64,000 nucleotides of DNA, taken from NCBI GenBank assembly GCA_036172245.1, contig JAYWIR010000041.1, positions 186,001-250,000 of the forward strand, in the 5' to 3' direction. How positions within the stretch are numbered: position 1 is the first letter of the stretch; the number at the start of each line of letters is the position of its first letter. Below, one piece after another: positions 14,100 to 28,499 of this stretch. The DNA is from Raillietiella orientalis (taxonomy: Eukaryota). The notes beneath the pieces are model-generated. The model worked only from the letters and a program-made list of their open reading frames with translations. It did not search any database and was not told the origin of the DNA. The translations under genes were made by a program, and so were the position numbers.

Positions 14100-14900
14100 G
14101 TTACTCCTTTTAAGGATTTTGTCAAAGCGACGGCGGTCCAGGTACATGAGGGCGGTGCAGGCAGTACGATAATCAGAGATGAAGTTTCATCCTCACAAAG
14201 GTCGCTCGGAAGACGCAGAGCTCGCCGAGGTTCGGACAGCCGCGTGAAGGACCGACGCACCTTCGTGCCTTCCCGATGGCACAGTCCCCCGGAAGAGGGC
14301 GGGAAGGTGGCGGAGGCAGAGGCAAGGGGGAATATCGGAGTATGAGGGCATTATTGACCCTCATCCTGATCCACTCCTCCGTGCAGAGAGTCCAGGATGC
14401 TCCAACTGCGAGACGACCAATGAAGTTGCTGGCGTTTCGCGACGGAACCGGAAAGAAGTTTGTCGCCGTCTCGTGCCGAGACAGTAAGAACTGGAGGACA
14501 AGGCGATTCTCGCTTTCATCTGCACCTCCGTCGTCAAGGGGAACCAACCATCTCTCGAAGAGAGGCGTCCGGAAGGAAACTATCGGTCGAGGGCAAAAGC
14601 GCGCGCGGTCGCTGCAGTGACCTCTTCCTTCCGAAGGGGTGAGTCGCCCACCACCCTCTCCCTTTTCCCATTCCGTTCTCTTCAACTCTCCCCAAAGCCG
14701 AAGATGGGGGAGACAAGGATGGAAGACGCGCTTCGGAGAAACGCAGAGGGTACCTGAGGTTCCAGGATTGCAGATTCACATACGCTGCCCAGCTAAATGT
14801 TCTACCAATCAGGGCCTACCAGTCGGGAGTTCTACCGATCGGTCCCCACGTCAACCGCTGCAATGCTCACACTTGGAGTCTCGGAGTCTTCCGACAAGTC
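14100..14900 (+). mobile_element. Second NeSL/Utopia-like fragment
   Basis: GYLRFQDCRFTYAAQLNVLPI at about 14748-14812 is a diverged copy of the 13268-13330 segment at both DNA and protein level. Confidence 0.6.
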
Positions 14901-16499
14901 GGGGAGGCTTCTTCTGGTAGGCGAAGATAAGTAGTGGAGAAATGGTGACGGTCACCGGAGCAACAAGGTGTCTCTCTCGACCTTGGAAACCGCCCACCCG
15001 TATCTCCCGGGCTGGGTTGCCATTCCGCTTCCGGAGGGCCTAGAAGCTGGGCATCCTGCCCTGCATGAGGGTTGCTGTGAGATGCAATGATCTCCTGCTC
15101 TCCCAGAGAAGGTTGCCAGGAAACCACGCACTGGAGGAGAATGCATCTCCTCCATCTTCCAGCTGGAGATGGAGAGGAAAGGAGCGAGAGAAGAAGAAGA
15201 AGAAGAAGGAATCCACTGAGTCTCGCGGATGCCTTTGTCGTGCGAATGCCGCTTTCCCTCTGCCGCCCTCGACTCACCCCGGAGTGGACGATCTCCCCTC
15301 GCAGCGCACTCTGGAAGCGGTTACGTTTCTTCTAACAGAGACCCCTCCACCTCAGTTTGCCTAAGAGAACAGAAGGGACAGTAGCATCCTTGACACGGTC
15401 GGGCTCCCTGACGATTTTTCTCACCGGAAAGCGGTCCGTCGACATCCATCGTTTACTGGAGCCGACATCGGACCTCCTCGAAGGATTCCGACAGGGGATT
15501 GAGGTCGGCATCCAATTCTCCGCCTTTCCTCCCCACTGCCATTTATCTCTACCCCTCGAGGAACCTTGAGGTACCCTCCCTCCGAGCGACCGTTTCTCGG
15601 CTGACTCCGAGGGAGACAGGGAGGTGCTTGGGGAGCCTAACTTGGTATCCTTTCCAAGGTCCTGCATTCTTCCCCCTTCACCCCTACCGCCTCGTCGCCT
15701 TCCGACCTCCTTCGGCCCCTCCAACACACCTCCTATGCCGCCCGCTTTGCCTGCTTTAGGAAAAGCGGACGAGCGTCGCCCCTGTCTGCGCAGAACGGGG
15801 AACTCCCTAGAGAGAAACGAAAGAATGATATCGTCCCATTTGAGCATCTCCGTTCACACGGCAGTCTGCTCTTCCTCCATTCTCCTCATACTTCTTTCTT
15901 TCCAGGAACGGGACAGAGAGCCATCCAGCCTCGAATCCAGAACGAGAAATCAGGAAGCTTCCTGGCATTCTGGTCGGGACGGGATTTCAAGTGGAGACGG
16001 TCCGGAGACGCGTCTCTCGAGTGGAGTTTACGTGACTCTCCTCCGGTCTTGCCACGATCTTGCCTCCTTCTCCACCCCTGCCATGAAACCAGCTGTCCTG
16101 TTCATGGAGAAAGGAGTGGAGAAGGGTGAGATCAAGGCGGAATTCATCTCGGGAAAGAGTTTCTCCATGCTCGCGCAGAATCCCATCTTCCAACCATGCA
16201 CAAGGAAGCTCGAAGGACTGATCGTTCACCTCAGTCGAAGAGAAGCCTATTGGCCCATTTTGACAGGAAAGAGCAAAATCCCTCCTTTTCCCTCTTCCTC
16301 CTCCTTTTCATCATCATCATCAACGTCAACGTCAACATCATCCTTTTCTCCTTCCTCTTCATCTCTTCAAGACCACTCCAAACCTCTTGAGCCACTTCCT
16401 AAGGGCCCTCTGCAGGCAGGCAGTTTGAAATTGGAAGAGAGAGAAGAAGCAGCTTGCCGACACCGTTGTTCTTAGACAGGACTAACGGGAATGCTTCCC

Positions 16500-17000
16500 G
16501 AGGATCCGAGAAATCCCGGAGGATGAACCCCTTCTCTCTCGGCATGCTTTGAACGCAGGCAGGAGGGTCCTCAGCATCAAAACGGAATCAACTGCCCTCT
16601 CGTCCTGATGGGCTCTGGGAAACTCGACAGGAAAGCACGAATAAGGAAGGAATTGTCCCCTTGGCAGAAATCGGGAACTGGTGACCGTGGTGAACGAGGA
16701 GAAGATGGCTTCTGACCAAGATCAACTTTCGCCTGCTCTCTGGCACTGGCCAGTACTTTCCGGAACGAACACTCGAGAAATACCATTAAGAGCTCCCACG
16801 AATGGATGGCATGCTCCTCAAAATCTTCCGGATGAGAGAGGACAGCAATGGTCAAGATCTGTCCTTTTGAGACGCATGAAATGCTGCCTTAGATACGAAG
16901 GAGCAAGAGGAATGAAGCAGCAGATACAGGGGCTGCTACAGCTTGAACGCGAAAAAAACCAAACGCATCCCGGGATCGCTGAGGAGGAAACGGATGGGAG
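16500..17000 (+). mobile_element. RTE-like ORF C-terminal remnant
   Basis: The fragment ...TNGWHAPQNLPDERGQQWSRSVLL weakly resembles the RTE C-terminus. Confidence 0.25.
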
Positions 17001-18949
17001 CCGATAACGAGAGAGCGCTCCAAGTGCGAACTTTCACTTTTTGCAAACTCGTGAACTGCTCGTTGAAGATGAGAGGATTCTCGTACAATTTTTTTTCCTC
17101 CCTCATCTGCGTATCGTCCAGATACACTTTCGATTCCTGTGAAGGGTTTCTGGAAAACTTATTAATGCTTTTTTTATTGATTTATCTGACGTTCCTCCAC
17201 GTTCAATCCCCCAGGCCTGTATTTTCCTGAATTTGAAGATCAGTTAGAAAAATCCGAGCTGATGTATATGATTCTTGGTTGCTGAGGAGTGCTATGTAGC
17301 AGTGCAGTGTTTCTCCTCCCTGGCCACTATCGATTCGTAGACCCAACAACGAAATTGTCCTTCATCATTTTTTTTCTCTGTTTGCATCTCCATTTCTTGT
17401 TTCACATTGATAATTCCTGCCCCCATAACGTCTCCAAGGACCGGGCATTCGCATCTATTTTTCGAAATTTCCTTTACGTCAGTAACTATGCATAACTCAT
17501 TAGGGTCTTCATTTTTGATACCATTTTCCTTGAATATTGCCGCCGCGTCTATTCTTCCCCAGCTCAAGACCCCAATCAAAGGATCCCCACTTTTTTCTCT
17601 TCTTTGAGGATGCATCCCGATTTCATGGCTGAATTAATTACACGCTATTCCCCACTTACCAGTGCAGCATCCATTGTAAAGGCACTCATAGATCATCAGA
17701 TTGGCGCTGTTCCTCGGTAATTGATTTCTGTTCCCGCTCAGATCTTTGCGAAGTTTGGAAGCTCAAACTTTAAATGAGAAATTCAGACTATAGCTGAGGA
17801 ATAATCATGGCTGAAAGGAACTCGTCGCAGTCAGAGCCAGTGAGAAGTCGCCAAAGAAGTTCTCCTCCTCGCTGTCTTTCTCGAAGTCAACCTCGGAGTC
17901 GGACTTCAGCGTCAGAGCCTTTGCGAGAGAACTTTGGTTTGGTTTCCTGCAAAGCCCTAGCTGGGAAGGAAGCGACCTTTCCATGATTGCAGCAACGATG
18001 GCTCCATCTTACTACGGACTCGCTTGCTCCATTTTGTCAAAAGCACATTCCACGATGAAACTGAAATCCCGCAAGACAGATGGACGAGAAGAAGCCTCGA
18101 GCGTTCCCCTGCTTCCTCTTACAATCAGTTCTTTCTCGCAAATGTCAGACCAGGCAAGGAAAAGAAGAAAAAAATCTTTTTGGGGTGGATGGGGAAAAGA
18201 GCTTCTCCTCAGCTCGGTCTCCTGAGAGGCCGACAAAGAGGTGGCTGGCGTCAAGATGGCCCTGCACCGTTTCGATTTCTCTGCCTGCCCCTCGGAAATC
18301 TCCTTTCGCACGGATGCCAGGTTCTCCACGCAGTTGGCGTTACTTGCTGCTCTTCCGTACTATAATCTGGAGGACAGCAAGCCTTTGGCCGTTACTTGCC
18401 AAGAGACGTCCACAGCGTCATCTGACGCTCCTTCGTTGCATTCTCCGGTTCCAGGTATCCTTCCAGAGGATCAGGTGTTAATCATTCTGATTGATGAGAG
18501 CTTCAACTAGCCTCAGGAAAATGAGAACGCTGACAGAAACCGCTGCAGCCGCAAAACTCCTTTATTGCGATAGGGATGAGTTCACAATGATGCTCCCAGG
18601 GATTCGAAAAGGGATTCCTCTGTGGTGCATTTACAGCGGAGGCGGGCATTCCTCTATGGCGCTGTGAATGGAAAATTGATCCCAGTAAATATTTTCGCTC
18701 TTTAGAAAGAAAACGACCGAAAGTGCACCCTACCCTTTTCCCCAAGCCTAAATGTGCCATTTCTAGAGGATTTTTCCAGAGAAACCGTCTGAATACTAAT
18801 TCTTTTTCTTTTTACACGCACACTCAGATCCATTATTCCGTAATATCTTTCCGGGAAAAAAATTGCTGCAGCAGTTGACATCAAATTTCTCGTTTCCCTT
18901 TGAGAAAACTGAATCGGGGGAGAAAAATGGAAGATAAGTGAGGACAATC

Positions 18950-20900
18950 TGTCATTTTGGAAGCAGCGGGTGCGAAAAACAGTTGTTTATGGGCTTAAAG
19001 AACGAAAAGTCCGGTGTCCTTGTACGTTGTCAACTTACAGATGTCCCAGGCAATGCAACACCATCGACACCCTACCCAAAAATGGAAAAATGTTCCCGTG
19101 GAGAGCAGAAAGCTGCTGCGGAGAAGCTCCTGCGCACAAGAATCACACGAGAAAGCCACTTCTTTCGATGCAAGTGGCGTCATTCATTATCCGTTAGAAA
19201 GCAGAGAATCTTCAGAGTCAAAATGGCCTGCCTGAGCAGCCCAATGAGCAAGGAGCGCTACCGACGTAAAGCGAGAGTGGGAATTTTACAAGAAAAGTGG
19301 CTCTTGTGGCACTTTGCAAGAAGAATGCGAAAAGGGAGTTCACAGCCGAAGGTTCCTGTTGAGACACCGGCGCATACGCCCTGTTCTTTCCTCTGAACCA
19401 GCTGAGCAAGTCCCGGCTCCACCCCTGAGCTACGCTCAGCTAGACGTACCTGGAGATCGGTCAACTCCCCCACCTCGTGGCATCACCCGCTTTGTACACG
19501 TATGAATCATCTGGAGCGCTTAGATTGCGCAAAACTCAGGGCTTCCAGAAATCATCCTTCACAGTGAGCGACGACGTAAGGACGATGTGCAGAGCAGAGC
19601 CCAGCTTCGTAGGCATCCTGAAACAGAACCGACTCTTCAGCGTATTCGGAGGTCTCCGGAGTTGCTGTCTTCTGTCCAAAGAAATTGACGGCTTGGGGTA
19701 ATTCCTGACAAGGGAATTATCTTTCAGAAGACTCAGATGAAGACAATGAAGATTCGGTTTTACACTCTACATTGCAGACATGGCTAAGTGTATCAATACA
19801 TCTTTTCACCACGAAAATGGAAAGTACTGATTTTGAGGAACTCTAAACAACCCCAATACCCAACAGTTATAAGACTTCAAGTTCGGAGACCCTGGATTTC
19901 TTACTGATGGAATGAAGACCAAGAGGAGTGAGCTGAATGCATACTAAACTTCGTGTTTGTGATCTGCTGAGCTGCCTGACTTTTTTTCCCTCCAGTTATC
20001 TTAGGATTATCAGCCAAAGTAAGCTCGAAAAGTGACGGCTTTTCTCAGCCGTGAGTCAAAAGCAGCGTCTATGTAATTTTATCTTCCTCAGATTTTCATC
20101 ACCTTTCAGAAAAGTTTTGAAGACGACTTGGAAACTACAGGAGCAAAAAAATCACATCTTCTATCACTTAGTATTGGGAACCACTTATGGGAACTTCTGG
20201 CATGATAATGTGAGCCTGCAAGACGACGATTCCTTGCTAAAATCAACCCTTTGCGGAAGCAAGTGGATTCCTGCCAAGCTTGGCCCTAGTGAACTTCATT
20301 CTGAGAGGCATACTTAGAGAATTCCAAGAATTGGAAGTGCGTGCATCTGGTAAAGAGTCTCTTTTGCACCAGTGAAAGGAAACAGACAAATTGGCTAGAG
20401 GTATTTCGTTGGCAGCGATTCTCAAGATGCTGAATTTTGTTTGTTTTTTTTACCAGCAGCTGCGAGACGCTTTCCTGCCCTGGTGAGTACGTTGACACAA
20501 ACCCAAGAGTTCTCATTCATAACAGCACATTCTGATACGGGTTATTTACTCGCGTAAATAACCCATACGAAAACGCAGTGTTCTCGTCTCTATTTTCCTT
20601 TTCCTTAATGAATTAGACTGAGGGGATTTCGTGTAACATTTGTTTCCATCTCAGCACAAGGATGCATGATGCCGACTGCGTGTGGCTGCACTGCACACTG
20701 TGCGCGTCTCGGCTGGAGCATGACAGGACGCAAAACCGATTGCCAAAGACGGATTTTTTGCGAAGGTACGGTGAGAAAGAGACATGTGCAATCGGAGGAA
20801 GAGCAACTGCAAGCGGATGCTGAAGAAACCTGCAGTTGCCCGTGTTCTGAGAGCATTGAGAGCATTCCGTCCTCGTTACGGGGTTTGCTTTCAGCTATTT
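18950..20900 (+). mobile_element. Decayed RTE-like retrotransposon (RT to C-terminus)
   Basis: SSFTVSDDVRTMCRAEPSFVGIL (about 19550-19620) occupies the GV-QG-P motif position. A C-terminal-like fragment DCQRRIFCEGTVRKRH lies at about 20740-20790. Confidence 0.45.
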
Positions 20901-21349
20901 GCTTTTCACCTTCTTTTAGACAACTAATTGCTTCTTTCTCTCTTTCTTTCTCTTTTCCTTTTTTTTAAGCGCGTTTGTTAAACTCTGCTAAACTTCGTAC
21001 GAATTTAGGTGTCAGGACGGTTTTTCCTGCAGAATCTAGAATGATGGAAATGACGATGAATTGAAAAGAGGGAAAACATTTACTGGAGATCAGAGATCAT
21101 GGTAGAATCGTGCAGGAATAAGTCCGATCCTCAAATATGTAGCCAATCACATAACATATACAGAAAACGAAATCAGCGTAAATGAGAAGGCACCAGAGAT
21201 CTGCACCACGAAAACTGAGCGGCTCGTATGGACAAGCGAGCGGGGAAGAACACATTTGGGGAGAAGACCGATTCCCGCATCACCCTGTAAAATGCCTTAG
21301 CGCCTCGTGCTTCCCAACAAATTTCTTCTACTGGGAAGCGAAACCAGGG

Positions 21350-21950
21350 ATTCAGTCGGAATTCAGCGCGAGAAATCTGAGTTTGGAATCCTCCCCGAGC
21401 TGTCTCTCAGACGCAAAGGAGAACATTATGAAGAAGGACGATATCAGCTCGATTCCTACATCCCTATGTGCATTTCGTCTTGACGTGCTGGCAGTCAGAG
21501 CGAAAGGAGGAGCGAATGACAGTGCCTGCTTGGCCGGCGGGATGACCTAGGAACTTTCACTCCCGCACGGGAAAAGCGGGAAGCCGAAGCTATTTGAAGC
21601 TGTTGTCGGCAGCTTCTCTGGAGGAACGAAAGCTATGAGGAGGAAATGAGCTTAATTCCACCAGCACACGCAGTCAAGGACAGAGTAGGAGTCCAGATCA
21701 CAATTTAGCTTGAGAGGGAACTCATCGAGTGCAAACCCCAAGTCATCGGGAGCTCTTTGTAAATTTTCGCCATGCAACCCTGGAGAAAGAAGAAAATTTT
21801 CTAGCAGCCACAATGCGAACTCGTTCCATCTCGCGAGCAAGAAAGGAAGGAATACCCGTCCAGTGGCGTTTTCGCTACGGAGGTTGGAATCATCAGTTGA
21901 TGGCTTGCTGTATCTTCACTTGATCGTTTCATCTCCAATGATACCACCAT
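21350..21950 (+). mobile_element. APE-endonuclease remnant of a non-LTR element
   Basis: SLCAFRLDVLAVR (about 21460-21500), ATLEKEENF and SGVFATEVG (about 21860-21890, at the GDFNARVG position) occur in the expected order. Confidence 0.45.
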
Positions 21951-23084
21951 CTCTCGTGCAGCTCCTGCATAGAAAGAAAGATTGAAGAAAACAACCAGAA
22001 GATACCGAGGGGCCAGCTGTTCTTTGCCATACACAAGGAGGTGCTAAGAACCCGTGGATTTCTAGGAAATCCGAAAACTAAAAATGGAAAGAAAAAAGAA
22101 AGAAAGAAAATTTCCACGCTAAGGATAATCTCCTTCCTCCCCGCTTTCGTCATTCTGTGCTTCTCCTTGCTCTTAAAGAGTGTCAATCAGCTAGGAGTTT
22201 TTCCGAATCTTCCCACCAAATTCGAATGATCTTGGAAATATCATAAATGAAACAACACAGAAGCAAAATCGAATGCAAGAGACCCTCGTCATCTCACTAA
22301 CTCGCAACCGCGAGCATGCCGGGGGAATGCTGTCTGAAACTCGAGGTTCAGAAAATCTCACCAAAACAATCATCTCCGATCGATGAAAATTGCTTCTTAC
22401 AAGATTCTGGAGCGTTCCCCCCTCTTCGCTTGTTGGCGCACTGCTCTCGCCAATGTACACGCTTTATCGAATAGAATTCTTCCTGAGCTCGCATCTCGCC
22501 TGCAGCACAGACGAAATACCCTTGCATGCGCCGTGGGGTTCTTCCCCGTGTAAGGTAGCATCGACTGGACCATGCCCAAAGGCTGTTCGCTCTGAAATCC
22601 CTCTCCTCGTCGGGTTTCTCCAGTATCTCTCTGGAGCATTTGTTACTACCTCCGGTATCCGCCTCGAAGAACGAATCCAGGCGAACCCGTTTCTGTTTAC
22701 AGGCGGTTTTTTGCCGGAGAGTTTATCTGCTTATAGAGCATACAACACGGGAAGACCTCTCCCAGATGATTCTACAAGCAAAAGGCATTCAGTCCCGCTA
22801 CACGTCCAGGCAGCGCTAGAGCGTGAGGGTGTGAAGAAATAAATAAATAACGTAATAACTCCTGGTTTGCCATAAGGAAGTGGGAAGGCTGAAAGTACGG
22901 AAGGATCCATCGATCCAAATGCAACCTGTGCTGCCGCTTGCGCGTGATGTTTGCAACATCCCTTAACACTTAGGCGCGAGACGCTCCCACCTCGTCACCT
23001 CGGGGGCAGTTGTAACCGCATGGACGAATTCACGGCTTCTTTACATCTTTTCCTCTGCCGAAGAAAAATCCCTGCGAATTCTCA

Positions 23085-24350
23085 CTAAAACTGTGATCTC
23101 TGCAGCTCAAGGGCATCAGAGCCTTTTCGGTGCGCCGTCCGGGTAGCAGAGTGCCTGCACCAGGTGATCCCAGCCAGCAAGGAACTCAGCACTCGAAGAG
23201 AATTTTCCGCACCCTTCCCTGTTCGATGACACCCCTCCTCGTGTAAAATCCGCATTGCAAACACCTCTTGGCGCACCATCGCAACCTTGTTCCTCCGTCC
23301 ACTCCTCGGAACCTGTGCAGCCTGCCGTCCTCCGGCGACGGAATGTCGGAGGGCAAGAACGACCCTGTCCCGGAAGTTTGGGTGCGAGCTCGACGCTTGA
23401 GAGTCATCGATCTTCAGGGCCGGTTGCCTTCGGAGGGCGAGCCGTCGCCGATGCTTCTTAGCATGTCCACAGCTGCTGCTGTCCATGCTTACCAACACGT
23501 GCATGGGATCCACATCCAGGGAGTGAACGATGGGGCGATCCGGTGGCCCGGCGTTCGGTCCGTCTCCGCAGACCCGGCTCTGTCCACCAGGATGGGCACT
23601 CGCGAATCCGCCAGTCCGAGCTTCAGAGTTCAGGCAAACCTCATTTCTCACTTGTTTGAATTTCGAGGGGTCATCCCGGTCCCAAGACCCCTCGAACTTC
23701 AAGTGAGTGGTGGAGCGCCCTACCACCCGGTACTCAAGATGACCTCCTGATGTTTTATCATGGAGGCATTCTGAGTTGAACCATACTGGCACATTGGACA
23801 GGCGGCAGTCAAGACGAGGGCTGCAAAGCTAGTGGAGACGGAAAGCCAACTCCACATTCTCGCCTGCCCGACACTTTGTCAAGACTGGACGATGCTGAAG
23901 GAGATGACCGGTTTGCTGGCTCGCACGACGTTGGAGAGCTTGACGGGAATGTTTGAAGGGGATGGGAACGTCCTCCGATACAATTCCATGGTTTGCACAA
24001 CCATCTCCTTCTTCATCATGAGTAACGTGAGAAGAACGGCAGAGATGAGGAAAACCAGAGCGAAACATCGTGCAAAGGACCGATCAAGAAGGGAATAGGG
24101 ACAAGGAACTGCAGCAAGATACCCGCCTGGATGTACCGTTACATCTTGAAGACGATTGCGGACGTTACTGAAGAGAGTGCGCTGCCCTCCAGTCTTCTGT
24201 GACCCTATCGAAACCTTGGACCAAGTGTGTGAAAATAAATATACATGAGTGAGTAGAGGTCTTAAAGATTTTGTCGGCAAATAAAATTTACTCCACCGCT
24301 TGTCGGACCTGGGGAAAATTTTGGTTCGAGACACCCAACCATTCTCCTTA
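23085..24350 (-). mobile_element. L1/Tx1-like fragments (ORF1-like zinc knuckle and ORF2 C-terminal region)
   Basis: DIPSPEDGRLHRF...CAKRCLQCG (about 23250-23350) resembles a Tx1 ORF1 knuckle. The read LLTHVYLFSHTW...ALVFLISAVLLTL resembles the post-zinc-finger C-terminus of ORF2. Confidence 0.35.
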
Positions 24351-25199
24351 GCAGATAAGACTGTGCTTTCCTTCTTTTTCCAACATGGGCCGGCCGTTCT
24401 GAGCTGGAGGCGGCAGTAGTGACAGCGACGGGTGATGATCGTTGATGTGATGATAATGGCGGCGAGATCTGGCAGACAGACTCCCCTCACCTCAACCGAG
24501 ATACTGAAACGAAGCCCTCTTGTTGCGAGCCCTCTTGCGAGCGATGGAGGATGGCCGTGGGTTGCGTTTCGCATTTCCCCGCAGTTCACCCCAGGGCTTG
24601 TGTGTACAGCACAAGAACTAGCAGTGGTACAACGTGGACGCACCATGTGGAGGCGCGCCGTGGCAGCACTCTCGCAATAGGGCAGAAGCAAACAAGCGAT
24701 GGCCAAAGAGAGCGGCCTTTGCTCGTAAACACTTTGAATTCCCGCTTTCTAATCGCACAAAAATCCTATCATCAAGGATCTCGCAGGAGGATATGAATTT
24801 TGGGAGGGTTCTGACGCTCTCTGGAATCGCAAATCGCGAGTTGAAGTATCCATTCGGAGAAGTCCTCTGATTGGCCTCATTTCTTCCCAGGAAAGCTCTT
24901 TCTAAGAATTCGCCTTCTGTTCCTTTATCCGTCCTTCTCCCCTCCCTTTCTCTGTCTCTCTCTCTTTCTCTCTTCTTCTCCTTTTCCTTTTTTTTTTTTT
25001 TTTCCTTTCCTTCTATGCTGGAACTCCCCTGCCAGAATGTCTCTAGACGGTAGCAGTGCTTCTGGAAGGAAAAGAAACCAACTAAAGATAGAGGTAAAGG
25101 GGACCACTGCAGCGTGTTTGCTGAGCCAACAAGGGCAATGGACTTGTGGGCGCATCTCTAGGAAACGGAATATTCGCGACAATCCTCAACTCATCAAAG

Positions 25200-26500
25200 A
25201 TGAAGAGCAGCAACAGCATCCCGCGTTCCGACAAAAACTGCCACTTTCAAAATGAATGCCTGGATGGAGGGATCGCTTAACTTTGTTTTGAAGGTGATTA
25301 AGATTAGAGAGGGCTTCTTATTGAATTCGGGAATCGGCAGAGGGAATTTTCCCTGGAAGCGAATTATGGAAATCTACCTGTCCGGATCAAATTAATGATT
25401 CTAATCTGACTCTTCTGGAGAGAAGTTGGAGCCGTGCCCCGCTTCGGAATGATACAAGGAAGGATGCAGAGTCACTTGGACGGGATTGAATTAAAAATCA
25501 CGAGGGTTAGCTTTCATATTAGGAACTTTAATTGTTAGCTGATGTCATTTCGCTCCTCGGTAGATGAGCTGTGAAATCAGGTTAATCAGGAAGTGCTCCA
25601 AGAGCTCTGGATTCATAATTCTCTCTCCTATGTGTTCTATATTTCCTTCGGATGTTTGGTTTGACGTAGTAATTGCTATTTTTTTTTTTTTTCTTTTTCT
25701 CTCTCTCTCTTTCCCCCCCTCCCCTCCTTTCTACATTCCCTCCTCCGCCTCCTTCTTTTTAATTCGGCGATGAAGACACGTGGGACGGTCACTTTGGTAA
25801 TCTTTCAAGCACACTGGATACGTCTTGGATGAAACTGGCGGAAGGAACCAGACTCTTTTTAAGAGGAAGAATGGTAGTCAAGGAGCACGGAAAACGGCTG
25901 CTGTGGGTAAAGGGGATCAGCATCCTCGGGCTGACACATCTCAGAAAGGATACTGAGTAGAGAAGTCTTGAAGACTCACAGAATGAGTCGTTGATTGTCA
26001 TTCAACAAAAAAAATAAAAACACACACAAAAAAAAAAATTCGTGCCTCGACGAGGAACTCTGGCAATTCCACTTATGCAGTGAGCGTCATTCGTGTTTGT
26101 CTCTTCGGATCGGTGCGATACTCAGCCAGATACAGGAAGGACAGCCAGGAGAAGAAATATCCGGGAAATGGCCAAACTCTCAAAATGATGGCAAGGATGC
26201 AATTCCAGAGAACAGAAGGGGTGCGAAACCACTTTCCGACGAAAAGCCCTCAGGCACTGCCCTCGAGGCTGCTCACAAATGAAAGTGATTGCGCAGTTTC
26301 GTGGATTTTATATGGGGCACAGGTGAAGAGGAACCACGCAAACCGAACAGCACATCAAGGATTTGTTGTTCCAAGTAGACTGGGAAGAAGACATTGTCCA
26401 GCAAAGAACCGCGCCCGAAGAGCAAGCTAAAGCAGACAGTGCAATCTTCCAAGGCAGGAAGTATAAATTATGGAAAACAGGACTTGTTTTCCGGTGTAAA
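25200..26500 (+). mobile_element. RTE-like RT/thumb remnant
   Basis: LADVISLLG-like read at about 25535-25560, and YAVSVIRVCLFGS at about 26073-26112 (YGSE-motif position). Confidence 0.35.
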
Positions 26501-26849
26501 GAATTCCAATAACCTGCTGTGAATGATGTAGGCATTTTAGGAGAAATCAACCACCTTGATGTATGTGCTTGGGGAGGAAGAAGGGGGGGAATGAAACAGA
26601 AGAGAGAAGGGAACCTGGAGGACGCCGAATTTCGATTCCAAGGTGCGTTTCGCCTGCATCTTGAAACTCACCCCATTGGTAAGAAAAAGATGTTCTCTGT
26701 TCCAGCCGGAAACTTCAAGAAACGTGGGCTACTAAACCTGGGCGAAAGGAAAGCATGAAAAAAAAATTCATGACGATCAAATATGGGCTGTTTTTTTTTT
26801 TTTTTTTGGAAGGAGGACTTCAAAAGAAAAGAGGACGATGTGATCTGAA

Positions 26850-27960
26850 CCGTCGATATCACCTGGAAGATTGTTCCGAGATGTTGAGAAGAACGTTTCC
26901 AGAGCAACAGCTTTCCTCACGGATAAAAGCAGCTCAGGTCTTCCAATGGTGCCCTAGCGCTGACGATCGAAAAAGGGAGGAAACATCAGTCAGGCGCTTT
27001 CCTCTCGCGGGGACAACTTGGGTTCCTTTCTCTGACAGAAGGAGGTGCGACTCCCTGCCCCTTCGAAAGATCCGGCGAATCGCCACACCCTTTCAACCTC
27101 TTACACTCGAGAGCTCACCAGAATTCCCATCTTTTGAGACTGCAGATTCTGGACGGTGGTTCATTAGGTTTACCGACATGACAAAATCAGGAAAGGAGAG
27201 AATTTTGAGTCCCTGAAAATGAACTTCTGAATGCTGCTGATGTTCCATCCAGAACACCAGATCAGCATCTGCAGTGCCTAAGTTTTTAAGGATTCTTTCG
27301 ACAGATTTTAAAGAACAAGCCTGCAACAGTTTGCCTTCGGACAGTCTCTTTGGCATCAGTGATGCAATCACCGATCCGGACAGTGGCAAGAACTCTTCAA
27401 GAGTGCTACAGAAGGAAGACACAAGAAAGAACTGTCCTCTTACGCGAACATTCTTGGGTGGGAGTGAGGAACTGGAAGAAATTTCCAAAATACGGTACTC
27501 TGTACAGTTCATACCGTGTATTGGCAAATGACCAGCTCAAGGGCTCACCGGAATTCACTAGGTTGGGTTTTCTGGAGCTTTCGAAGGAGGAAGCACTCAA
27601 CTGAAGCCAATCGCATAATGGAAATCCATCCATATGCCTCATCACTTGGATGCAATTTCGTAAAAACGTCTTATTTCAGGAACCAGTCAACAAGGATCAT
27701 ACGAAACGTACCAATTACGGAGTCGAAACAAGAACGAGCTTTTATGAAGAATTTGTGATGTTCGTAGATGTACCGAAAGGGAAAAAAACACTACAGCTTC
27801 TCCTTCAAAAACAGGATCCCCGTCTCAGGGAAACCTCAGCCTCTAACTTCACAGAGTGGTTTCCAAACTGTCGTTGCTGGGGCGCCATGATGATCATGAG
27901 AAGTTTCGTGGCCGGAAAGAGAATGCAGGTCTCCTTGTAGAAAAAGCTACTGAAGGCATC
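26850..27960 (+). mobile_element. L1/Tx1-like ORF2 C-terminal remnant
   Basis: DGGSLGLP (about 27152-27176) matches the GGLGLP thumb motif. FPNCRCWG (about 27860-27885) is a degenerate zf-RVT. Confidence 0.4.
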
Positions 27961-28499
27961 CGACGCATCCGACGAGGAATCTTCCTTTGATCACCAAAGG
28001 AAGATGGTGCGATAGGCGGTAAGTGGAATTGCTATCAAAAGGCGCTGGGAAGGCAGGAGTACGCACGAGTCAGAATAGAAGGGGATACTTTGAAAGAACC
28101 AGAAAGAAACATCTCTTGGCGACTCCATGTTCAGTGCGCACTTGTGGAGGAAAAATCACCTCCAGCCTACGGACCACTCAACACAAGGCAGCATGAACAC
28201 TACTATTGAGAAAAAAACAAAAAACACTCGAAATAAGAGAAGGCCATTCCCAGCTCTGCGTTTGGCAGCATCGAGTTTCAGGCATTTTCTGTCCAAAGAC
28301 AAACACCTCCGATTCGCCAATTACAGATTTATTCATGCGGCGCGACTCGACCTTCTGCTTGTTAAGGACGGTATCATCCATCATGGATGATGCTGGTCGT
28401 CTATGGAGACAATGCGGAAGAAGGAAAAAATCTTCAATTCACTTCCTAAACAGATTCGTCAGTAGACAGACGGTGATCATGTAGAGTAGAGACGAACTG

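Noticed and set aside
15624..16475. 283-aa ORF as a host gene
   Set aside because: It is low-complexity Pro/Ser-rich sequence within TE debris with no recognisable domain. It is possibly a retroelement N-terminal remnant.
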